Source: an uncultured Acidobacteriota bacterium
Lineage (GTDB): Bacteria > Acidobacteriota > Thermoanaerobaculia > UBA5066 > Gp7-AA6
NCBI GenBank assembly: GCA_963764715.1
Contig: CAVXTP010000006.1
Coordinates: 288,001-352,000, forward strand
Reading direction: 5' to 3'
DNA: 64,000 bases
Shown here: one piece after another, positions 33,453-43,417 of the stretch
Position numbering within the stretch: position 1 is the first letter of the stretch
How the letters are laid out: every line of letters starts with the position of its first letter
The notes under the pieces: model-generated
Seen by the model: the letters and a program-made list of their open reading frames with translations, nothing else
Database searches by the model: none
Told to the model about the DNA's origin: nothing
Position numbers and translations under genes: made by a program

Positions 33453-35738
33453 GTCGGTGAGCGCGGCGACCTGACGACGATCCAGTCCTGGACCTACGAC
33501 ACGACGAACTGTCACCTCGGCCTGATTTGCTCGGAGAGCTACCCGCGCATTTCCGGGACTTTCCCGGTTAACTACACCTACTCCTTCGGGCAGCCCACGG
33601 CGATCACCGCGGGGACGAGCCCCGTCAACCTCGTCACCTCGGCGGCCTACAACCCCGCCGCGGGCCTGGCCTCCTGGGTCTCGGCCAGCAGCCCCACGGT
33701 CACGACGACGATCACACAGGACACGAGCCTTCTACCCCGGCCCAACAAGATCGAGGCCAAACGTGGAACGACCGTCCTCTTCTCGACCGGCGCGTACACG
33801 TACGACTCGGCGGGCAACATCCTCTCCCAGGCCGACGGGACCTACGGCGGCACCTATACCTACGACAAGGGCTCGAGGCTGCTCTCGGCAACCTACTCCG
33901 GTACCCCCCGCACCTTCGCCTACGACGGCTACGGCAACCTCACGCAAAACGGCGCCTACACGATGGCGATGAACGCGTCCCTGAACAACCAGGTCGATAG
34001 CGTGACCATCAGCGGCGGTTCGCCGATCGCCACCGCTTACGACCCCCGGGGCAACATGACGGGGGCCGTGGGCGAGGTGATCTTCTTCGACGCGCTCGAC
34101 CGGGTCTACCGCAGCAAGAACGATCTCGTCGGCGACTACACGTTCCTCCACAACGGCGCCGGGGAGCGGGTCCTGAAGTTCTCCTCCAAGTTCACCGTCC
34201 TGCGCCGCGAGATGGCACGCTACATCGCCGAGGCCAACATCATCGCGCGGGGCTGGACCCTGCCTCTCTGCGACGGATTCAACCCTTCCCCCTTCACCGA
34301 CGTCCCCTGCTCGGACCCCGACGCCCGCCACATCAAGCTCGCGTTCCAGCAGGCGATCACCGCCGGCTGCACCGGCTCGACCTTCTGCCCCGACACCGCC
34401 ATCACCCGCACCCAGATGGCCGTATTCATGGTGAAAGGCTACCGCGGCGCCTCCTTCGTCCCCCAGTCCTGCCCGCCCGCGGTCAACCCGTTCACCGACT
34501 TCACTTGCTCCGGCCCCTACGCCGCGTATGCCCCGTTCATCATTCAGCTCTACAATGACCACGTGACCGGAGGCTGCGGCCTGAACACCTTCTGCCCCGG
34601 CGACCCCATCGGCGAATGGGAAACCCTCGTCTGGCTCGCCAAGGGCGGTCCCCCAAACGGCTCGGGCACCATCCCCTTCTGGCCCACCTATCACCCCGTC
34701 CCCCGCGGCTCGACCTACACCCTGCGCGACGAGGGCAACCGCGTCGTCACCGAGATCGCCGGGGGTCTGTCGGGCTCGGGCACGGCCTCGCTCAACGTCG
34801 CCCGGGACAACGTCTACCTCGGCGGCCTGCTCGTCGCCTCCAGCGCCGGCGCCTGGAGCTACTCGGCCTCCGATCACCTCGGCTCGATCCGGGCCGTCTG
34901 GAACGCCTCGGGGACCAAGACCGAGGACCACCGCTACTGGCCCTACGGCGAGGATGCGACGGCCACCCTCAACCAGCACCTCGCGTTCCAGGGCATGGAA
35001 AGAAACGACGCCACTAACCAGTACTACGACCATGCACGGACTCAGCAGTTCAATATCGGACGGTTCTTGAGTACGGATGTCATCGACGGCTACCCCGAAG
35101 AGCCAAGGAGTTGGAACCGGTACGTGTTCGGGTTTGATAACCCGATGGTCTACACCGACCCCCTCGGCCTCGAGCCGGACAACCCGAGCGGGCAGTCGAA
35201 GTCGGCGGGCGACAAACGTCTCGATCCTGGTTTCTTCTGCTTCTTCTTTCGCTGCCAATCAGATGTAACCGTCACGGGCCACGCAACTGGCTCAACTTGG
35301 AATCCTGGAGGTGGAGGCTTTCCGGGAACGACCGGGCGATTCACGCTCCGTGGGCTGGCACCCTTGGTGGACGGAGCCATACCATTTTCCGACCCTCTTG
35401 CGTTGGCCCATTGGTATGACCCGGATGACTTGGGTATGCACGAAAGTTACATAGCCGGCCTTGCCATCCAAGAGTCAGTCCTTGTCACCGCAACGGCAGA
35501 ACGGGCAGTAGTTGCAACCGCCGAGAGGGCCACACTGAATGCCTGGCGCATGCCGATAGGTAAGCGCGAAGGTAGCTTCATAACCGAGAATATCTTCCGT
35601 TGGGGCTCTCGGCCTTTCCGCCACTTCCATCTCGGGCCAAAGCGCCTCATGGGCCATCATTTACCTGGCGAACTGCGTACTTACCTCGGTCACGCGCGGG
35701 CGCTAATTATTCAGGCCTTGAAACGGTTGGGTTCGTGA
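33453..35738 (+). CDS. Orphan rhs cassette 3 with His-rich tip of unknown family
   Basis: Duplicate core, NPMVYTDPLGL, tip with FRHFHLGP..GHHLP. Confidence 0.85.
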   Translation, partial: VGERGDLTTIQSWTYDTTNCHLGLICSESYPRISGTFPVNYTYSFGQPTAITAGTSPVNLVTSAAYNPAAGLASWVSASSPTVTTTITQDTSLLPRPNKIEAKRGTTVLFSTGAYTYDSAGNILSQADGTYGGTYTYDKGSRLLSATYSGTPRTFAYDGYGNLTQNGAYTMAMNASLNNQVDSVTISGGSPIATAYDPRGNMTGAVGEVIFFDALDRVYRSKNDLVGDYTFLHNGAGERVLKFSSKFTVLRREMARYIAEANIIARGWTLPLCDGFNPSPFTDVPCSDPDARHIKLAFQQAITAGCTGSTFCPDTAITRTQMAVFMVKGYRGASFVPQSCPPAVNPFTDFTCSGPYAAYAPFIIQLYNDHVTGGCGLNTFCPGDPIGEWETLVWLAKGGPPNGSGTIPFWPTYHPVPRGSTYTLRDEGNRVVTEIAGGLSGSGTASLNVARDNVYLGGLLVASSAGAWSYSASDHLGSIRAVWNASGTKTEDHRYWPYGEDATATLNQHLAFQGMERNDATNQYYDHARTQQFNIGRFLSTDVIDGYPEEPRSWNRYVFGFDNPMVYTDPLGLEPDNPSGQSKSAGDKRLDPGFFCFFFRCQSDVTVTGHATGSTWNPGGGGFPGTTGRFTLRGLAPLVDGAIPFSDPLALAHWYDPDDLGMHESYIAGLAIQESVLVTATAERAVVATAERATLNAWRMPIGKREGSFITENIFRWGSRPFRHFHLGPKRLMGHHLPGELRTYLGHARALIIQALKRLGS

Positions 35739-36343
35739 CTCTCCGGTACCTTACCTTCTGGAATCGGCTTGAACCCGGGTGTGACCCCCGGCCGGACGAG
35801 GATGAGTGGCCTGATGCCCGACCGAGTTTCGCCTCGGAAACGTGGCCTTTGATCGAAACGAAACGCGCATCGATTACAGGTCTCTATTATTGGAATCGAC
35901 GGGGGGAGAGCTCGCTGCTCAGCGGGCTCGCCTCATCGGGAACATCGGTTCCAGGATTTCTACGACTCATAAACCTTGTCGAAATGGATTCTGCTGCCCT
36001 AGATCGAGTCTTCACAGCAGCGGACGGCGACATGGAGGTTTTTTTCGAGACGGATGACCAGTGGTTCCTGCGAGCCTTGTGCGCCCTGTGGCCACGACCC
36101 GGTATCTTGCGCGTTGGCAGGGAAAGACTGGGTCGCCTCACCGAAGCAGAGGTTGAGACCCTCGGCCGCGCCGTTTCCGCGATCCCGGCTGACCGTGCCT
36201 GGTTCTCACTTAACGATGAAGGATGGTTGCTCTACGTTTTCGGTTCTCAGGGACTGCTTACCTGGGCACAGCAAAGCAAGGGTCGTCGCGAGCAAGCCGA
36301 TAGCCGGAGCTGGTCGTTGAAGCCCGAGCCCGAGACCCAATAG
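35735..36343 (+). CDS. Putative immunity protein for cassette 3
   Basis: GTGA overlap with toxin stop; ~202 aa acidic/aromatic ORF. Confidence 0.65.
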   Translation: MTLRYLTFWNRLEPGCDPRPDEDEWPDARPSFASETWPLIETKRASITGLYYWNRRGESSLLSGLASSGTSVPGFLRLINLVEMDSAALDRVFTAADGDMEVFFETDDQWFLRALCALWPRPGILRVGRERLGRLTEAEVETLGRAVSAIPADRAWFSLNDEGWLLYVFGSQGLLTWAQQSKGRREQADSRSWSLKPEPETQ

Positions 36344-36908
36344 GATTCAGACACCAGGTAGGAATCGATTCCAAGACCAGGCTGGCGGGCAGTCGATACG
36401 GCCGCCCGCAAAGGCAACCTCATGCCACGACGACGCAGTCCTGGATGAGCTTCTGGGGTCGATCGTGCAATCCTGTATTGCCAGCGGAGTCGGTGAGCGC
36501 GGCGACCTGACGACGACGCAGTCCTGGACCTACGGCACGACGAACTGTCACCTCGGCCTGTAAGGCGGCCTAACGCGAAGCGCCTCAAGCTGATCGTCCA
36601 ACAGGAAATGACCGCCACCGCACTGGTTCGGTCTTCCGTCGCGGCACCGGCATCACCCGCGCCCAGCTGGCCGTGTTTCGGAGCCAACGACCCACGGCTC
36701 GATCCGAATGTCGATGTCCTAGCATCGGTGTCGGCGACTAGGGTTCGAATTCGCTTCCGACGTCGGATCCAGCATGAGCGGATGCCATTCGCGATAATCG
36801 CGTTATCGTCCCGAATGCTCCGACCATGACCGATCGCGCCTCGTTCAACCGGATCTGCACGGGGATTTGGGGGGTCAATCGTGTAATCCTGTATTGCCAG
36901 CATACCCG

Positions 36909-39229
36909 GTCGGCAACGGCAACCTCGCGGCTACGACGATCCAGTCCTGGACCTACGACACGACGAACTGTCACCTCGGCCTGATTTGCTCGGAGAGCTA
37001 CCCGCGCATCTCGGGGACCTTCCCGGTCAACTACACCTACTCCTTCGGGCAGCCCACGGCGATCACCGCGGGGACGAGCCCCGTCAACCTCGTCACCTCG
37101 GCGGCCTACAACCCCGCCGCGGGCCTGGCCTCCTGGGTCTCGGCCAGCAGCCCCACGGTCACGACGACGATCACACAGGACACGAGCCTTCTACCCCGGC
37201 CCAACAAGATCGAGGCCAAACGTGGAACGACCGTCCTCTTCTCGACCGGCGCGTACACGTACGACTCGGCGGGCAACATCCTCTCCCAGGCCGACGGGAC
37301 CTACGGCGGCACCTATACCTACGACAAGGGCTCGAGGCTGCTCTCGGCAACCTACTCCGGTACCCCCCGCACCTTCGCCTACGACGGCTACGGCAACCTC
37401 ACGCAAAACGGCGCCTACACGATGGCGATGAACGCGTCCCTGAACAACCAGGTCGATAGCGTGACCATCAGCGGCGGTTCGCCGATCGCCACCGCTTACG
37501 ACCCCCGGGGCAACATGACGGGGGCCGTGGGCGAGGTGATCTTCTTCGACGCGCTCGACCGGGTCTACCGCAGCAAGAACGATCTCGTCGGCGACTACAC
37601 GTTCCTCCACAACGGCGCCGGGGAGCGGGTCCTGAAGTTCTCCTCCAAGTTCACCGTCCTGCGCCGCGAGATGGCACGCTACATCGCCGAGGCCAACATC
37701 ATCGCGCGGGGCTGGACCCTGCCTCTTTGCGACGGATCCAACCCTTCGCCCTTTACCGACGTCCCCTGCTCGGACCCCGACGCCCGCCACATCAAGCTCG
37801 CGTTCCAGCAGTCGATCACAGCCGGCTGCACCGGCTCGACCTTCTGCCCCGACACCGCCATCACCCGCGCTCAGATGGCCGTCTTCATGGTCAAGGGCTA
37901 CCGCGGCGCCTCCTTCGTCCCCCAGTCCTGCCCGCCCGCGGTCAACCCGTTCACCGACTTCACTTGCTCCGGCCCCTACGCCGCGTATGCCCCGTTCATC
38001 ATTCAGCTCTACAATGACCACGTGACCGGAGGCTGCGGCCTGAACACCTTCTGCCCCGGCGACCCCATCGGCGAATGGGAAACCCTCGTCTGGCTCGCCA
38101 AGGGCGGTCCCCCAAACGGCTCGGGCACCATCCCCTTCTGGCCCACCTATCACCCCGTCCCCCGCGGCTCGACCTACACCCTGCGCGACGAGGGCAACCG
38201 CGTCGTCACCGAGATCGCCGGGGGCCTCTCGGGATCGAGCACCGCCTCACTCACCGTCGCCCGGGACAACGTGTATCTCGGCGGCCTGCTCGTCGCCTCC
38301 AGCGCCGGCGCCTGGAGCTACTCGGCCTCCGATCACCTCGGCTCGATCCGCGCCGTCTGGAACGCCTCGGGACGAAGACCGAGGACCACCGCTACTGGCC
38401 CTACGGCGAAGACGCCACGGCCACCCTCAACCAGCACCTCAGCTTCCAGAGCATGGAAAGAAACGACGCCACCCACCAGTACTACGACCACGCACGGACA
38501 CAGCAGTTCAATATCGGACGGTTCTTGAGCACGGATCTGCTACGAGGCACCCCGGCAAGCCCTTCGTCTTGGAACCTCTACACATTCGCACTCAACAATC
38601 CTGTGAGGCTTACAGATCCCGACGGACTAGAGGCCGACAATCCGAGCGGCCACTCGAGTCTAATGGGTCGATTCTTCTCGTGGGTATCGCGAACCTTCAA
38701 GAGCTTCTTTCCCGGACCACGCCAGCTTTCACCAGGCGATCCGAACGCGGAAGCGATGAATGACGAAACGGTTGGCAATACGCCCTCGCAAGTCAATCGG
38801 ATGGCCAACCCCGGCGGCGTTGCTCAAAGCGGCATCCTCGAGGGCGGGGCCACTGTCACGGCAGCGGGAGCAACAGCAGTTGCAGTCATCATTGTCGACC
38901 GTGCGACGGGGAAAGTCATCGAAGTTCTCGCGGACACCGCGAGCGTAGCTGCCAAGATCCTCTCGGCAGAGCGAGTTGACTCCGGCCTGAAAGCGGATGC
39001 CCTGCACAGGGCGGCGAGCTTCGTGAGCCGCGAGCAACTCGAGGCAGGGACTGCGTTCAGAATCACGGGCCGCGACGGCGCCGAGGTTACTCTTCTTCAA
39101 ACTCCGGGGGGCGGGAACGGACGATCTGGGATTTACGAATACGTCTTGGAGCGAAGCGGTGTTGTGTCCCATCAACGGTTCATTCCGGGTGGGACCATCA
39201 CAGGTTACCCGAATCAGGTGGTGAGGTAA
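36909..39229 (+). CDS. Orphan rhs cassette 4 with putative nuclease-type tip (1-nt indel near 38370)
   Basis: Duplicate core, [11 protein letters not shown], tip ending [29 protein letters not shown]. Confidence 0.85.
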
Positions 39230-39234
39230 GGTTC

Positions 39235-39753
39235 ATGGACGTGGTCCGCTTGTGGATTCCGTACGGTTTCATCCGCAATAGAGTCCGGATGACCTGGCGT
39301 GAGATCCTGTTTGGCCTGGATGAGGAACTATTAGACCCTTCCGCTCCGACGCATCTCGCGACCGACATAGTGGATGAGGCGAATTCGCCCGATTCGAGGC
39401 TGGTTGATCTCGCCGGATTGAGCGCCCACCAGGATGCCCGTCCGTACGTCGAGGCCTTGGCCGCGCGCGAGCCGGAGGAGCCTCTGCCAGAAATCAAGGC
39501 GAAATGGCTTTGCGTGTCGTTGGCCTGGCTTTACGAGCGCAGGAACGAGTACGAAGACCCCCTGCGCGAAGTCGCAAAGGTCTACGCCGACTTCGATTAC
39601 CCGGAGCGGATTGCGAGCTTCGTGCACTACATGCCCATGGACGAACCGGACCTCGGCAGTCGCGAGCTCAATGAAGCACGTCTCTACCAGAAATGGAAAG
39701 ATTACCTAGACGATTGCTGGAGTGAGCACGCGCGCCATCTTGGGACACGTTGA
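39235..39753 (+). CDS. DUF2247-like protein, putative immunity for cassette 4
   Basis: KWL..LAWLY..DPL..VYADFDYPE.IASFVHYMP pattern; 5 nt after the toxin stop. Confidence 0.75.
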   Translation: MDVVRLWIPYGFIRNRVRMTWREILFGLDEELLDPSAPTHLATDIVDEANSPDSRLVDLAGLSAHQDARPYVEALAAREPEEPLPEIKAKWLCVSLAWLYERRNEYEDPLREVAKVYADFDYPERIASFVHYMPMDEPDLGSRELNEARLYQKWKDYLDDCWSEHARHLGTR

Positions 39754-39775
39754 AACCTGGGTCGGACCTTCAATT

Positions 39776-40299
39776 CCCCCCGCAGCTTCGCCTACGACGG
39801 CTACGGCAACCTCACGCAACACGGCGCCTACACCATGGCGATGAATTCTTCCCTCAACAACCAGGTCGACACCGTCACGATCGCCGGGACGCCGCCGACC
39901 GTGATCGCCACCGCCTACGACTCCCGGGGCAACATGACCGGGGCCGTGGGCGAAGTGATCTTCTTCGACTCACTCGACCGGGTCTACCGCAGCAAGAACG
40001 ACCTCGTGGGCGACTACACGTTCCTCCACAACGGCGCCGGGGAGCGGATCCTGAAGTTCCCCTCCAAGTTCTCCGTCCTGCGCCGCGAGATGGCCCGCTA
40101 CATCGCCGAGGCCAACATCATCGCCAGAGGCTGGACCCTGCCTCTCTGCGACGGATCCAACCCTTCCCCCTTCACCGACGTCCCCTGCTCGGACCCCGAC
40201 GCCCGCCACATCAAGCTCGCGTTCCAGCAGGCGATCACCGCCAGCTGCACCGGCTCGACCTTCTGCCCCGACACCGCCATCACCCGCGCTCAGATGGCC
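39776..40299 (+). pseudogene. Diverged rhs remnant without a tip
   Basis: [18 protein letters not shown] then breaks into the junction motif at ~40302. Confidence 0.85.
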
Positions 40300-40517
40300 T
40301 CTGGGGTCGATCGTGTAATCCTGGATTGCCGCCGCAGTCGGTGAGCGCGCCCAGCCGTGTTTCGGAGTCAACGACTCACGGGGACGACTCACGGCTCGAT
40401 CCGAATGTTGACGTCTTGGCGTCGGTATCGAAGGACGAGAGTTAGGACTCGCTTCCGACGGCCGGACCCAGCGTAGGCGGCTGCACGCAATCGGTTATCG
40501 TCTCGACTAACTGGGCC

Positions 40518-41969
40518 ATGACCGATCGCGCCTCGTTCAACCGGATCTGCACCTGCGTCGCCGTCTCGGCGGCGGCGGTCCTGCTGTCTCTTCAGTTGCT
40601 GGTCCCCCCGATCGTCGGCCTCGCGAACGAGGGAGATTTCGAGCGGGTGATGGGTTACGCGGGCCTTTTCTACCCGACCGACAAGTTCGAGGAGAAGTAC
40701 TACGGCCACATCGTCACCAAGTTCAACGTCGTCGCGCCGGGCTGGTACGCGAGCGGTTACCTGACGACCGAAACGCTCGTCGCGTATTCCGCGCGGCTCG
40801 TCAGCCTCGCCCTCTTCCCGGGCCGCATGTTCGACATCCGGATTTTCGCCGCGATACAAATGCTGCTGCTGCTGACAGCCCTCGGCCTCTTCGTGCGGGC
40901 CTGTCGGGACCTGGCGCCGGCGGCGCAGGCGGCGGTCGCCGTTCTTCTCGTCCTGATCTTCACGGACGTCGGGTATGCGGCGGCAATCAACTCGTTTTAC
41001 CCTCAGACGGCGTCGCTGCTCTTCATTCTCCTCACGCTCGCGTTCGCTGCCGTGGGCATTCGGATGGTTCGGCTTCGCGGCCCTGCGGTCGTTGGGTATT
41101 TCGTCTCCGCGGCGCTCTTCGTCTGTTCAAAACCCCAGGAGGCCATCCACGCTCCCCTCCTCGGCGGGCTGGGCGTAATTCTGGCGATCGCGGGGCAAAG
41201 CGAGACCGGGTCTTCGCGCCGCGTTGTCGTTGCGATCGCGCTCGCCGTGGCGCTCGGCGCCCTCGGCCTCTGGTATTACCGGCAGGTGCCGAAAGTCAGC
41301 ATTCGTTATGTCGGTCTCTTCCACACGGTTTTCCACGAGCTCCTCCAGAATTCGCCCGATCCACGCCGCGACATGGAGGAGCTCGGCATCGCACCGGACC
41401 TCGACCGGTACATCGGCGTGCACGCCTACATGAAAGAGTCTCCGATCGAGGACCCGGCCTTCCAGGCTCGATTCTTCGATCACTTCGGCTATGCGAAGGT
41501 GATGGGTTTCTACCTGCGGCATCCGGACCGGCTCCTCGATCGCCTGCGGCGGGCGGCTCCCGGGGCGTTCCGGCTGCGCCCGAAGTACCTGGGCAACTTC
41601 GAGAAGGCGACGGGGGTTGCGCCTCGGACCAAGGCCACTCGGTTCGCGCTGTGGAGCGACGTCCGGGCGAAGCTCGAAAGGCACGCGGCCGTGACGCTGG
41701 TCGTCTTCTTCGTCGGAAACCTTCTCGCCGCGGCACTTTCCTGGCGAGGCACAACAATGCGCGGCCGCCTCTTTCTCGTGGCTCTGGTGGCCTGTCTGCT
41801 CATTGCCGGCGTCGAATTCGGCGTCAACGCGTTCGCGGATGCGCTCGATGATCTGGGTCGCCACCTTTTCGTGTTCGACGCGCTCTGCGATCTCGTGCTC
41901 GTCGCGGACGTGGCCTGGCTGATCCAGTGGCTCGCGACGCGGCGCGCGCTGTCGCCGCGCTCGGCATGA
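40518..41969 (+). CDS. WsfD-like multi-TM (GT-C type) glycosyltransferase
   Basis: PPIVGLANEGDFER, FDIR, DVGYAAAINSFY, SKPQ, RHLF motifs; many TMs. Confidence 0.65.
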   Translation: MTDRASFNRICTCVAVSAAAVLLSLQLLVPPIVGLANEGDFERVMGYAGLFYPTDKFEEKYYGHIVTKFNVVAPGWYASGYLTTETLVAYSARLVSLALFPGRMFDIRIFAAIQMLLLLTALGLFVRACRDLAPAAQAAVAVLLVLIFTDVGYAAAINSFYPQTASLLFILLTLAFAAVGIRMVRLRGPAVVGYFVSAALFVCSKPQEAIHAPLLGGLGVILAIAGQSETGSSRRVVVAIALAVALGALGLWYYRQVPKVSIRYVGLFHTVFHELLQNSPDPRRDMEELGIAPDLDRYIGVHAYMKESPIEDPAFQARFFDHFGYAKVMGFYLRHPDRLLDRLRRAAPGAFRLRPKYLGNFEKATGVAPRTKATRFALWSDVRAKLERHAAVTLVVFFVGNLLAAALSWRGTTMRGRLFLVALVACLLIAGVEFGVNAFADALDDLGRHLFVFDALCDLVLVADVAWLIQWLATRRALSPRSA

Positions 41970-43417
41970 TCGGAGCCCCCCTGGCGGCGAGCCCGAAGCC
42001 GACGCCGATCCCGCCATGGGAGATCGCCGCCTGGATCCTCGCCGCCGGCATCGTCGCCGCTCAGCTCCTCGTTCCGCCCGTCGTCGGCCTCGCCAACAAC
42101 GGAGACTACGAGAGCGTCATGGGCTACGTTGGCTTCCAGTACCTGACGCAGGACCACGGCGAGAAGTACTTCCAGTGGATCATGACGAAGTTCGCGTACG
42201 GCCCGCCGGGCTGGTTCAAGAGCGGGCTTCTGACTTCCGAGGCGCTCATCGCCTGGCTCGCCCGCCTCATCAGCGAGCCGTTCGCCCACGGCGGATTCTT
42301 CGACCTGCGTGTCCTCGGCGCAACCCACGGCCTGCTGCTCGTCGCCGGCCTGGCGCTCCTGATCCGGTCGACGGCGCCGCTGTCGGCGGCGGCCCGCTGG
42401 ACCGCGGCGGCGCTTCTCGTTTTCTTCTTCACCGACGTCGGCTACGTCGCTCCACTCAATTCCTTCTACAGCCAGGCGGCCTCGCTCGTCTTCCTGGTCC
42501 TGACGCTCGGCATCGCGGCCTGGACGGTGGCCTTCGGCCGGTCGTGGACGGCCGCCGCGCTCTACTTCCTATGTGCGCTCGCCTTCGTCGGGTCAAAACC
42601 CCAGGAAGTCATCCAGGCGCCGCTTCTCGCGCTCTTCGGCCTGCGACTCTTTGGCGACGGACTGCGCCGCCTCCACCGGCAACCCGCGGCATGGGCCGCG
42701 GCGGCCCTGTGCGCCTTTTCGCTCTGGTACTTCCGGCAGACGCCGTACGCCGATCGCCGGAGTCGCCCGCTACCACAAGGTCTTCATGGAGCTGCTGCCC
42801 AACTCGCCCGCGCCCGCTCAGGATCTCGCCGACCTGGGCCTCGATCCCGCGTGGTCGTCGGCGCACGGGGCGCATCGCCTACGATCCCGCGAGCCCCTTC
42901 GTCGACCCGACCTTTCGCGAAGCCTTCCTCGAGCGCTTCAGCTACGCGCGGCTCGTGCGCTTCTACCTGACGCACCCCCAGCGGCTCGCGTCGACGGTCT
43001 CGCGCGGCGGGATGCAGGCGCTGCGCCTACGCCACCCGCGCTTCGGGAACCTCGAGCACCGCGAAGGGGTCGCGCCGGGCGCGAAGTCGCGGTCGTTCGC
43101 GGCCTGGAGCGACGCGCGGCTGCAGCTTGCCCGGTCACCCGCTCGCGTGGATCGTTCCCTTCCTCGCCCTGAACGCCGCCGTCGCGCTGGCGACCCGCCG
43201 GCGGGCGACCGCGCAGGGCCGCCGCGCGCGGGAGGGCATCGTGCTGCTCGTCGCGATGGCCACGGCGGCCTTTCTCGTCTGCGTCCTCGCGAACGCGCAC
43301 GGCGACCTGCCCCGCCACTTCTACGTGTTCCACGCGCTCTGCGACCTGCTCGTCGCCGCCGACGCGACGTGGCTCGTCGAGACGCTCGCGCGCCCCCCGA
43401 CCCGCTACGGCCCGTAG
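41966..43417 (+). CDS. Tandem WsfD-like paralog (frameshifted)
   Basis: ATGA overlap; GLANNGDYE, DVGYVAPLNSFY, SKPQ, RHFYVF. Confidence 0.65.

Larger units (their letters stand above)
28178..40330 (+). repeat. Dispersed ~30-bp junction motif TGGGGTCRATCGTGTAATCCTGTATTGCC; copies near 28229, 28437, 28707, 33354, 33418, 36454, 36870, 40302 and a degenerate one near 28178
   Basis: Read directly; all copies in the same orientation at boundaries of rhs fragments or cassettes. Confidence 0.85.

Noticed and set aside
25510-38540. Repeated rhs segments as a diversity-generating retroelement
   Set aside because: No reverse transcriptase; differences are not adenine-specific, and the tips are wholesale replacements.
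28178-40330. Junction motif as a CRISPR repeat
   Set aside because: Spacing ranges from tens of bases to kilobases, the intervening DNA is genes, and no cas genes are present.
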